A stretch of 16,948 nucleotides of DNA from Abditibacteriaceae bacterium (GTDB lineage: Bacteria > Armatimonadota > Abditibacteriia > Abditibacteriales > Abditibacteriaceae): positions 1 through 16,948 of the forward strand of contig JANMKN010000090.1 in the NCBI GenBank assembly GCA_031372065.1, written 5' to 3'. The notes under the pieces were generated by a model. It searched no databases, had not been told where the DNA came from, and was given only the letters and a program-made list of their open reading frames with translations. Numbering within the stretch: position 1 is the first letter of the stretch; each line of letters opens with the position of its first letter. Below, in pieces: positions 8,225 to 15,902 of the stretch. A program made the position numbers and the translations under genes.

Positions 8225-8993
8225 TCAGCGCCTCCTCAACCCAATCGCGCGGCGATTGCAAACGGCGGCACAGGTATTCGACATAAGCGGCGCGATGCTC
8301 ATCGTGGCTCGTAAAAAGCGGCACATCACCCAGCCAATCGTCAGGAAGCAGTGCCGCGATTTCGTTTAACGTGTCGCGCGTTAAAAGCGGCGTAAAAAGT
8401 TCATCGGCGGCAGCGATTTCGTTGGCTAACGGCAGCAAAACGTGGTCTTTTATCGGCGCGAAACGCTGACGGCTTTTGTTGAGATAATCGTCCCAAGTGT
8501 GATGGAAATATAGCGAGGCGCCGTGATCTATTAAATACAAATGCTTGTGCCAGATCAGCATATTGGTGTTGCGCGCCGTGCGGTCAATGTTGGTAGTCAG
8601 CGCGTCCAGCCAAACCACGCACGACGCCAATTGCGGCACGTCCACCACAGGGCGCGTAATCAACGGGTCGTAAGAAATCGAACCGGGCAGATAATCGAGC
8701 GCAAGGTTTAATCCGGCGCTTTTTTTGATGAGTTCGCGGATTTCGGAATCGGGTTCGTTGCGTCCTAAAACCGGATCGAGGTGCATGAACACGATTTCCG
8801 GCACTGGTAAACCCAAAAAGCGCGCGATTTCGCCGCTCAAAAGCTCCGAAATCAAAACACGCGGGCCTTGTCCGGCGCCGTGGAACTTCAAAACATAAGT
8901 GCCATCGTCATCGGCTTCGACGATGGCAGGGAGCGAGCCGCCTTCGCGCAAAGGTGTAACGTAGCGGGTGGCGTTGACGGTGCGAATTTCCAT
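8202..8993 (-). CDS. HipA-like kinase (HipA_2 type, often misannotated as aminotransferase)
   Basis: TRYVTPLREGGSLP Gly-rich loop, YVLKF catalytic Lys, NIDRTARNTN catalytic loop, LIDHG. Start placed at the ATG at 8993; the longer ORF to 9452 only reads through a repeat array. Confidence 0.9.
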   Translation of the reverse strand: MEIRTVNATRYVTPLREGGSLPAIVEADDDGTYVLKFHGAGQGPRVLISELLSGEIARFLGLPVPEIVFMHLDPVLGRNEPDSEIRELIKKSAGLNLALDYLPGSISYDPLITRPVVDVPQLASCVVWLDALTTNIDRTARNTNMLIWHKHLYLIDHGASLYFHHTWDDYLNKSRQRFAPIKDHVLLPLANEIAAADELFTPLLTRDTLNEIAALLPDDWLGDVPLFTSHDEHRAAYVEYLCRRLQSPRDWVEEALNARKLLV

Positions 8994-9171
8994 TTTCGAT
9001 TTCGTTACAGCGCTGATAAAAGCCCAAATAGTCGTTCTGGGCAGGGGTTTTTCCTCTCCAAAGGCCGGTTTGAAGCGGCGTGAGGGGCAAACCCACAGTA
9101 TGCGTCTTACAACAATGCTTCGGAAAGTGTTTTGATTGTATGTAAAGCCTCGCCGACTGCCTACGGGAAGA

Positions 9172-9397
9172 CGTTTATCTCGTGTGTTCCTCCCTTTATC
9201 GCCTCGGCAAGCCCGTTTATGGCTTGTAGGCCTTCGTTTATGGTTTGTGGGCACCCGTTTATCTCCTGTGGGGCCACGTTTATAAATAAACGTGCCATCA
9301 CAAACCATAAACGGACCTCCGCAAACCATAAACGAGTGCCCACAAACCATAAACGGGGCATCACAGACGATAAACGAAGGCACACAGGAGATAAACG
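9172..9397. repeat. Mirror-symmetric 21-bp tandem array (6 units + 6 inverted units)
   Basis: CGTTTAT at 9172, 9193 (CCTTTAT), 9214, 9235, 9256, 9277, and ATAAACG at 9286, 9307, 9328, 9349, 9370, 9391. Axis at 9284/9285. Confidence 0.95.
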
Positions 9398-9692
9398 CCC
9401 TTTTACAAGCCTTAGAAGGGTGGCTGCAAGCCATCGCTATGCCTTCCCACACGCTAAACAGGCCTCAATACAGGGCAGTTTGGCGCCGCAAAGCGCGAAA
9501 TTAGGCCGCAGAGGAGTTTTTGCGGCAATTTGGGCACTTTCAAGCACAAAAGCGCGCTTTTTAGTGCCGGTTGGAGTGGCGCGGCTGGACTGCGTGCGTC
9601 GCGCCGAATGTTCGCCATACTCATTGACTTCGATAAAACTCACACGGCGATGTGAAGCCGACTTTCGCAAGCGGCCTATGATAAAGCGCAAC

Positions 9693-9721
9693 TTGCCATG
9701 CGCGTTTAATCGGCGTAGCCT
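9693..9721 (+). promoter_or_regulatory. Putative sigma70 promoter for the DinB-family gene
   Basis: TTGCCA-17 bp-TAGCCT, 9 nt before the ATG at 9731; no SD. Confidence 0.5.
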
Positions 9722-9730
9722 TGAATAACC

Positions 9731-10213
9731 ATGTCACTTTTCACCAGTTTCTACGGGCACTATGTTCACAGCGCCCTGCAAAGCAACGCTTTTGTCTTCG
9801 CGCAACTGTTGCGCGATTTGCCTGCCGATTCGCCGCGTTGGGATGCGCGCCCCGATGCCGAGCGATTCACCTTGCGCGAAATGGTCGCGCACCTCTTGGA
9901 CTTCGATATGGTCTGCCGCGAGCGTTTCGAGCGCATAATTCGTGAAGACAACCCTGAATTGCCCAATTGGGACGAAGGCGAAGCCGCCAAGCATTACGCC
10001 AAGCGCGAAGCTGTGCATGATTTGGAGCTTTTGCTGGATTCGCGCCGCACTTTGTCGGCGTGGCTGGAAGGCTTAAGCGCCGACGAATGGCAGCGCACCG
10101 GCACGCGCCCGAATGTGGGCACCTATAACGTTGGCGAAGGCGTCGCTTTGATGCTCGGCCACGACGCTTATCATCTGCGCCAAACCATCGAATGGCTGGA
10201 CGCGACGGCGTAA
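9731..10213 (+). CDS. DinB/YfiT-family four-helix-bundle metalloprotein
   Basis: FTLREMVAHL.D and HDAYHLRQ His triad; PELPNWDE and W.R.G segments typical of DinB_2. Confidence 0.88.
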   Translation: MSLFTSFYGHYVHSALQSNAFVFAQLLRDLPADSPRWDARPDAERFTLREMVAHLLDFDMVCRERFERIIREDNPELPNWDEGEAAKHYAKREAVHDLELLLDSRRTLSAWLEGLSADEWQRTGTRPNVGTYNVGEGVALMLGHDAYHLRQTIEWLDATA

Positions 10214-10226
10214 ATCAAACACGGAA

Positions 10227-10331
10227 ATTAAACACAAAGCCCACAAAGCATTCACAAAAACCACAAAAGAAAAGGCATTTTTCGTTCTCTTTGTGCTTCT
10301 TTGTGAATGCTTTGTGGGCTTTGTGTTTAAT
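10227..10331. repeat. 32-bp perfect inverted repeat built of CACAAA(G) sub-repeats, between convergent genes (probable bidirectional terminator/REP-like element)
   Basis: ATTAAACACAAAGCCCACAAAGCATTCACAAA (10227-10258) and its exact reverse complement (10300-10331). A fourth CACAAA/TTTGTG pair lies inside. Confidence 0.9.
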
Positions 10332-10336
10332 CTGCT

Positions 10337-11245
10337 TTACTGCCGCGCGGCGCCAGCGACTTTCATTTTGACGGCATACAGACTTTTGCTGGCGGTGATA
10401 AACAGCGTTTTCTTGTCAACGCCGCCAAAACAAACGTTCGATGTCCCGTTTTCGGGCACATCGATTTGTTCGATTTTCTGGCCGTTTTTATCGAAAACGG
10501 TGACGCCTTTTCCGGTCAGATAAACGTTGCCTTGCTCGTCCAAAGTCAGGCCGTCCGAGCCTTGCGCGCAGAATAATCGCTTGTTGCTTAATGTGCCGTC
10601 GGGCGCAATGTCGTAAGCGAAGGTTTTGCCATCTCCAATATCGGCGACATACAAAGTTTTGCCGTCTTCGCTGCCAATTAAGCCGTTCGGCTGCTTCAAA
10701 TCAGCGGTGACGCGCACCAGTTTTTGGCCGCCGAACGCCAGAAAATAAACGGCTTGCTGATCTTGCTCTTGCGGGCCGCGATTCCAATAGGGACGCTTGT
10801 AAAACGGGTCGCTCAAATACGCGCCGCCATCGGGCCGCACCCAAATATCGTTTGGGCCGTTCAGCAATTTGCCGCCGAAATCTTTCACCAAAACTTCAGT
10901 TTTGCCGGTTGCCACATCAATGCGCCACAATTCGTTTTTGTCATCGGCGCAAGCCCACAAACGATTTTGCGCATCGAAACAAAGGCCATTAGCGCGGCCC
11001 GACGGCTCTAAAAACACCGAAAGTTTGCCTGCTGTATCGCATTTCCAAATGCGATTATTCGGTTGGTCGGTGAAATACACGTTGCCTTGCGCATCAGGCG
11101 CCGGGCCTTCGGTAAACGCAAAATCGCCCGCCAATTTTTCCAGTTTCGCGTCCGGCGCGAGGAGCGAATTGTTTTGCGCCGGAGCGTGCGGCGCCAAAAG
11201 CAAAGCGGCAACGACGGCGAGGTAAAAGCGAAGTGAAGTTTTCAT
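10337..11245 (-). CDS. SMP-30/gluconolactonase/LRE-family beta-propeller with signal peptide
   Basis: N-terminal signal peptide (..LLLAPHAPA-Q) and FTEGP, NGPND, PNG, SDGL motifs. Confidence 0.93.
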   Translation of the reverse strand: MKTSLRFYLAVVAALLLAPHAPAQNNSLLAPDAKLEKLAGDFAFTEGPAPDAQGNVYFTDQPNNRIWKCDTAGKLSVFLEPSGRANGLCFDAQNRLWACADDKNELWRIDVATGKTEVLVKDFGGKLLNGPNDIWVRPDGGAYLSDPFYKRPYWNRGPQEQDQQAVYFLAFGGQKLVRVTADLKQPNGLIGSEDGKTLYVADIGDGKTFAYDIAPDGTLSNKRLFCAQGSDGLTLDEQGNVYLTGKGVTVFDKNGQKIEQIDVPENGTSNVCFGGVDKKTLFITASKSLYAVKMKVAGAARQ

Positions 11246-11333
11246 AATTTTGTGCGGCTCTTTGACAGCGCCGGAGCTGTTTTCAAGGCGCGGCTATAAT
11301 ATTAGTGAATCTACCAAAACAAGGACATTTTTC

Positions 11334-12161
11334 ATGCGTGAAGCAACACCTCAAGACGATTTTTTCTTTGACCTCAACGGCTATTTGGTTCTCAAAGGCG
11401 CGCTTGACAAAGATTTAATGGTGCGTCTTAATGCCGAATTCGATAAATTCCCGCGCGATTTGCCAAGCGGCGAATGGTATCGCGGTGCCCAGCGGCGCGA
11501 TTACACCAAGGAAACCGGCCTTGAACTGCACAACTGTGTCGAAATGGGCGCGCCCTTTGAAGAATTGATAGACCATTCGTCGTGGATTAATCTGGTGCGG
11601 CGCTTTTGCGGCGAAGAAAAATCGTATGTGCAAGGGCTTTTCATTGACGAATGCATCGCTTCAATTCGCACCGAAGGCGGCCATCATCCGGTGCATTCGG
11701 GCGGCTTTCAGGGCGCTTTGCGTGGCAAGTTTTTGTATGAACACGGCGTTTTTCGCTGCGGGCAAATCAATATCATTCCCGCGCTGACCGACATCGGCCC
11801 CGGCGACGGCCCGACGATGGTGATTCCCGCCTCGCACAAGAGCAATTTTCTGCATCCCGGCAAAGGCGATTACTTTCGTGGTGACCGCATGGACGCACTC
11901 GAAGGCGCCATTCCGGTTTATCTCGAAGCGGGCGACGCCTTGCTTTTCGTGGATGGATTAATGCACGGCGGTTCATCGCGCACGAGCGGCGGCGAGCGGC
12001 GCATTGTGATTTATCGCTACGGCCCACTGTGGGGCGCGACCCGTTTTGGTTATCAATATTCGCCGGAACTTTTAGCGCGCCTAACGCCGGAACGCCGCAA
12101 AATTCTCGAACCTGTGCCGCCGATTGCACCCGGCCAAAACTGGATTCCGCGCGAGAATTAA
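11334..12161 (+). CDS. Phytanoyl-CoA dioxygenase (PhyH)-family Fe(II)/2-oxoglutarate enzyme with HxG motif
   Basis: FFDLNGYLVLKGAL, LTDIGPGDGPTMVIPASHK, AGDALLF..LMHGG, ERR. ATG at 11334 has AAGGA SD and a TATAAT at 11295-11300 upstream. Confidence 0.88.
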   Translation: MREATPQDDFFFDLNGYLVLKGALDKDLMVRLNAEFDKFPRDLPSGEWYRGAQRRDYTKETGLELHNCVEMGAPFEELIDHSSWINLVRRFCGEEKSYVQGLFIDECIASIRTEGGHHPVHSGGFQGALRGKFLYEHGVFRCGQINIIPALTDIGPGDGPTMVIPASHKSNFLHPGKGDYFRGDRMDALEGAIPVYLEAGDALLFVDGLMHGGSSRTSGGERRIVIYRYGPLWGATRFGYQYSPELLARLTPERRKILEPVPPIAPGQNWIPREN

Positions 12162-12277
12162 ATCGCTTCCTCTTTTGCCAACAGTGCCATAGGTGATGAA
12201 CGGGCACAAGGACTATTCCAGCATCAACGGTTGAAATCAGCGCCTGATGCGGTTTACTATTGCCTCCATCGAACCTT

Positions 12278-13180
12278 ATGAATAACATCAACCCATTGAA
12301 ACAATCCAACTTCTGGCCGCCGCGCAATTTCGGCGCGTTGGATCACGAACTCGCGGCCTTTGAAACCGCGAAATTTGTCGTCGTTCCGGTGCCCTACGAT
12401 GCGACGACGACATGGCGCGGCGGCACGCGCGAAGGCGCTCTGGCGATTCTCGATGCATCGATGAACATGGAGCTTTTCGACCGCGAATTGGGCCGCGAAA
12501 TCTGCGAAATCGGCATTCACACCACCGACGATGTCGAACCAGTCATGGCAAGCCCCGAAAAGATGGCCGTGCGCGTCACCGAAGTCATCGGCGAAATTTT
12601 ATTTGCCGGAAAAATTCCTGTCATGCTCGGCGGCGAACATTCTCTCACTTTCGGTGCCGTGTGCGCGGCCTTGAAACTCGATTTGCCCGGCAACCTTACG
12701 GTTTTGCAACTCGACGCGCACACCGATTTGCGCAACAAATATAGCGAAACAAAGTGGGGCCACGGCTGCGTGGCGCGGCGCATGAGCGAACTGCCCGGCG
12801 TGAACATTGTCCAAGTCGGCCTGCGTTCGACTTCGCAGGAAGAATACGCAAATGTGCCCTCCAACGTCAAGCAATTTTGGGCCGAAGACATATTAAATGA
12901 CTTTCCCGCCGCGTTGCCACAAATCCTCGACAGCATCGGCGACGACGTTTATTTAACTTTCGATGTTGATGTGTGTGACCCGTCATGGATGCCCGACACT
13001 GGCACGCCCGAACCGGGCGGCCTGAGCTATTATCAGGTGCGCGACATTATCCGCGCCGTCTGTTTACAAAAGCGCGTGCGGGCTTTGGATTGTGTCGAAC
13101 TCATCGGCGGCAACCCCGCCAGCGCTTTTGCCATCGCGCGCCTTTTGTATAAAACAATGGGATACTTGAGTCAGGCATGA
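12278..13180 (+). CDS. speB: Agmatinase (ureohydrolase family)
   Basis: PYDATT, GGEHS, DAHTD, GHG, FDVD, TGTPEPGG Mn-binding motifs. Start uncertain (TTG 12260 or ATG 12278). Confidence 0.88.
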   Translation: MNNINPLKQSNFWPPRNFGALDHELAAFETAKFVVVPVPYDATTTWRGGTREGALAILDASMNMELFDRELGREICEIGIHTTDDVEPVMASPEKMAVRVTEVIGEILFAGKIPVMLGGEHSLTFGAVCAALKLDLPGNLTVLQLDAHTDLRNKYSETKWGHGCVARRMSELPGVNIVQVGLRSTSQEEYANVPSNVKQFWAEDILNDFPAALPQILDSIGDDVYLTFDVDVCDPSWMPDTGTPEPGGLSYYQVRDIIRAVCLQKRVRALDCVELIGGNPASAFAIARLLYKTMGYLSQA

Positions 13181-14433
13181 ATCACAAAATTTTCTGGGGC
13201 GATGCGCGCAATATGGAGGATGCTGCTGCAAACAGTGTGCATCTTGTCGTCACTTCGCCGCCGTATTGGCAACTTAAAGATTACGGCGCGCCGGGACAAA
13301 TTGGCTTTGATGAAAGCTACGAAGAATATTTGACGTCGCTGCACGCGACTTGGGCCGAATGCTTTCGCGTTTTACATTCTGGGTGCCGTTTATGCGTGAA
13401 TATCGGCGACCAATTCGCCCGCGCCGCGCACTATGGACGCTATAAGGTGATTCCGCTGCACGAAGCCGTGATTCATAGCTGTGAACAAATCGGCTTCGAT
13501 TACATGGGCGCGATTATCTGGCAGAAAAATACTACCATGAACACCAGTGGTGGCGGTAGCGTGATGGGCAGTTTTCCCTATCCGCGCAACGGTGTGGTGA
13601 AAATTGATTACGAATTCATTTTGCTTTTCAAAAAGCTCGGCAAGGCGCCCAAACCTACTCCTGAACAAAAACAAGATGCCGCCTTAACAACGCAAGAATG
13701 GAACGAATATTTTAACGGCCACTGGAATTTTGCCGGAGAGCGGCAAGGTGACGGTCATATCGCCATGTTTCCCCTTGAGTTGCCGCGCCGTTTGATTAGG
13801 ATGTTTTCGTTTCCAGGAGAAACGGTGCTTGACCCATTTCTTGGCAGCGGCACGACAATGCGCGCCGCGATGGAATTAGGACGCAGTGGCATTGGCTACG
13901 AAATCAATCGCGATTTTAAAAGTGCTATTTGCCAGCGTTTGGAGTTGGATAAAACAAATGCAGACAGCGTGCAATTTACTGAAAGCCGGGCTACGGAAAA
14001 ATTGGCTAACGTTCCTGTGACATTAGCTAATCCTTTAATGCGGCAAGTTGATTCCAAAGAGTTTCGTTTCAATTCAGTGATCGGTTTGGGCGATGCCGAA
14101 AAACCGCGTGAGAGAGGAATGCGCGTGCGCGAAATTTTAGCGCCCGACCAAGTGCGTCTTACCGATGGTGGCATTGTGCATTTGCTGGGTATTCGTCCAC
14201 GCGATGGCAAAGAAGACGAGGCGGTCGCATATCTCACCTCAAAAATTTTGAATCGCGCCATTTTTCTCAAACACGCCGAGCCACATAATGGTGCCTTGCG
14301 TGCTTACGTTTATATGGAAAACAAAACTTTCATCAATGCCAAGTTGTTGAAAGAAGGATTGGCCGAAGTTGACCCAAACTCACAGCATCATTACGCTAAA
14401 AGATTTTTGGACTATCAGGAGAAAGGCATTTAA
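13177..14433 (+). CDS. Beta-class N4-cytosine/N6-adenine DNA methyltransferase with a C-terminal thermonuclease (SNase)-like domain
   Basis: Motif IV VTSPPY precedes motif I VLDPFLGSGTT (beta order). The C-terminal ~100 aa has the V..I..D..L, LLGI, AYVY, FINAKLLKEGLAEV SNase pattern. Confidence 0.9.
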   Translation: MNHKIFWGDARNMEDAAANSVHLVVTSPPYWQLKDYGAPGQIGFDESYEEYLTSLHATWAECFRVLHSGCRLCVNIGDQFARAAHYGRYKVIPLHEAVIHSCEQIGFDYMGAIIWQKNTTMNTSGGGSVMGSFPYPRNGVVKIDYEFILLFKKLGKAPKPTPEQKQDAALTTQEWNEYFNGHWNFAGERQGDGHIAMFPLELPRRLIRMFSFPGETVLDPFLGSGTTMRAAMELGRSGIGYEINRDFKSAICQRLELDKTNADSVQFTESRATEKLANVPVTLANPLMRQVDSKEFRFNSVIGLGDAEKPRERGMRVREILAPDQVRLTDGGIVHLLGIRPRDGKEDEAVAYLTSKILNRAIFLKHAEPHNGALRAYVYMENKTFINAKLLKEGLAEVDPNSQHHYAKRFLDYQEKGI

Positions 14434-15062
14434 TGTCCAAGGAATGGTTGCTCAATGCGGCAACTAATCGCTTTCAATTCAACTTCAAACGCAATGTAGG
14501 CGCTGTCGCTGAAGCGATCCGACAGTGTTCGCCCCACGACCAAAAAGAATGGGAAGCGTATTACTTCGCAGAAGTGCGCTCGCGCGAGCATATCGAAGAA
14601 TTAGGGAGGCGACTTTACGTCAAGTTGTCCGAAGTCATTCAAGCCGAACTGAATTCGATTACGGAACAGGACTGCATTGACTATCTGTTGAATCTTGTCA
14701 TCAACCGCACTTTCGATGGCTATGAAACAGAAAAAACGACGATATATGAGCAATTGGAAGGCTTAATTGGGACGAAAATCGAACCCGCGCCTGATAAGTG
14801 GGATAGAGGTTTCAACGTAGACTTTTTTATTCGCGTAGGAGAAAAATTTATCGGTTTGCAGATCAAACCGGTCACGTTCGCTAACGCGCAGCAAGCGCAT
14901 CTTTGGCAGGATGTGCAAGACAACTCTCATCAAAAATTTCAAGCGCAGTATGGCGGTAAAGTCTTCACTGTCGTCTCGCATAAACAAGGCGATAAAAAAG
15001 TAATAGCCAATCCTGAAATCATTGAACAAATCATAGATGAAATCAAAAGATTGCATCTATAG
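14433..15062 (+). CDS. MjaI-family type II restriction endonuclease
   Basis: VGAVAEAIRQC.P....WEAYY, GRRLYVK, VINRTFDG, and a PD-(D/E)xK-like VD..IGLQIKP. Translationally coupled to the MTase (TAATG). Confidence 0.82.
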   Translation: MSKEWLLNAATNRFQFNFKRNVGAVAEAIRQCSPHDQKEWEAYYFAEVRSREHIEELGRRLYVKLSEVIQAELNSITEQDCIDYLLNLVINRTFDGYETEKTTIYEQLEGLIGTKIEPAPDKWDRGFNVDFFIRVGEKFIGLQIKPVTFANAQQAHLWQDVQDNSHQKFQAQYGGKVFTVVSHKQGDKKVIANPEIIEQIIDEIKRLHL

Positions 15063-15183
15063 AAGAGCAAAAGCGCCACAATCGCTGAAAATTAAGCATG
15101 GCGGGCAGCGATTTGGGCAAAGTAACGCCAAAGTTAGAAAACTATGAATCTCTAAAATATTTCAAAATGAAATTCTCGCTACC

Positions 15184-15212
15184 GAACTTTTTACCAGCGC
15201 GCCAGCATCCAA
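15184..15212 (+). promoter_or_regulatory. Putative ECF-type autoregulatory promoter
   Basis: GAACTTTTT...CATCCAA about 30 nt upstream of the sigma GTG start. Resembles GGAAC-N16-18-(C)GTC ECF promoters, though the spacing is slightly long. Confidence 0.45.
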
Positions 15213-15241
15213 ACCCGAAACAGGCGGAGAAAGGCACGCGG

Positions 15242-15862
15242 GTGAATACGGCGTTGGTTCTCGATTTACGGGCAGGGCAATTAACCGGGCAGGGCAAAGT
15301 CGAAGTTTCCTTAGCGGAACTGGGCGATGCGATGCTGGTGATTCATGCGCGCGCGGGTGAACGCGCGGCGTTTGAAATTCTCATGACGCGCCATCGTGAC
15401 CGCGTTTTAAATTTGGCTTATCAAATGCTGCATGACCGCGATGAAGCCGAAGATGTGGCGCAGGATGCTTTTGCCAATGCGTTTGCGGCCTTGGACAAAT
15501 TTCGCGGTGACGCGCAGTTTTCGACGTGGCTTTATCGCATTACTTTTAATTTATGTGCGCATCGGCGGCGCCGTCAGCGGCCCACCGAACCTTATGACGA
15601 AACTCTCCACGACGGCGCGACGTTAGATGCAAATTTTTGTGCATCGCCCGGTGAAAAAGCGCTCTCCAAGTTGATGGTCGAAGAAACTTTGGCGCAAATT
15701 TCGCCGCCACTGCGCGCCGCGCTTGTGTTGCGCGAAATGCACGATTTGTCTTACGAAGAAATCGCGCAGATTTTGCATATCCCGATTGGCACAGTGCGTT
15801 CGCGCCTCAACGAAGCGCGACGACAATTCCGCGAAGCGTGGGGGAATCTCGAAGAGCGTTGA
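15242..15862 (+). CDS. ECF RNA polymerase sigma factor (RpoE/SigW-like)
   Basis: Region 2 AEDVAQDAF..FSTWLYRI and region 4 LSYEEIAQIL.IPIGTVRSRL. GTG at 15242 follows GGAGAAAGG; the ORF is open from 15098. Confidence 0.93.
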   Translation: MNTALVLDLRAGQLTGQGKVEVSLAELGDAMLVIHARAGERAAFEILMTRHRDRVLNLAYQMLHDRDEAEDVAQDAFANAFAALDKFRGDAQFSTWLYRITFNLCAHRRRRQRPTEPYDETLHDGATLDANFCASPGEKALSKLMVEETLAQISPPLRAALVLREMHDLSYEEIAQILHIPIGTVRSRLNEARRQFREAWGNLEER

Positions 15863-15902
15863 GTTATCTCAAACAACTCAAAACTCTTCGCTCAAACCGA
15901 TT

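Noticed and set aside
9051..9100. Faint similarity to the end of the 42-bp array (TTCCTCTCC-AAAG..GGTTTG..GAGGGG)
   Set aside because: Short, gapped and low-complexity; cannot be distinguished from chance by eye.
9172..9397. TIGR-Tas or CRISPR-like guide array
   Set aside because: The unit is 21 bp with a single core, the variable parts resemble each other, and no Nop-domain or Cas protein is in the window.
8994..9452. 153-aa N-terminal extension of the HipA-like kinase with heptad repeats (FMVCG..)
   Set aside because: It is the translation of the mirror DNA array. The family N-terminus begins at MEIRTV, and the opposite strand gives a similar peptide, which points to DNA-level symmetry rather than protein selection.
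9132..9728. 198-aa plus-strand ORF and other ORFs over the mirror array
   Set aside because: Repeat-derived, with atypical composition and no translation signals.
11262..11300. Perfect TTGACA and TATAAT upstream of the PhyH gene as one promoter
   Set aside because: The spacer is 27 bp, too long; only the -10 box is plausible.
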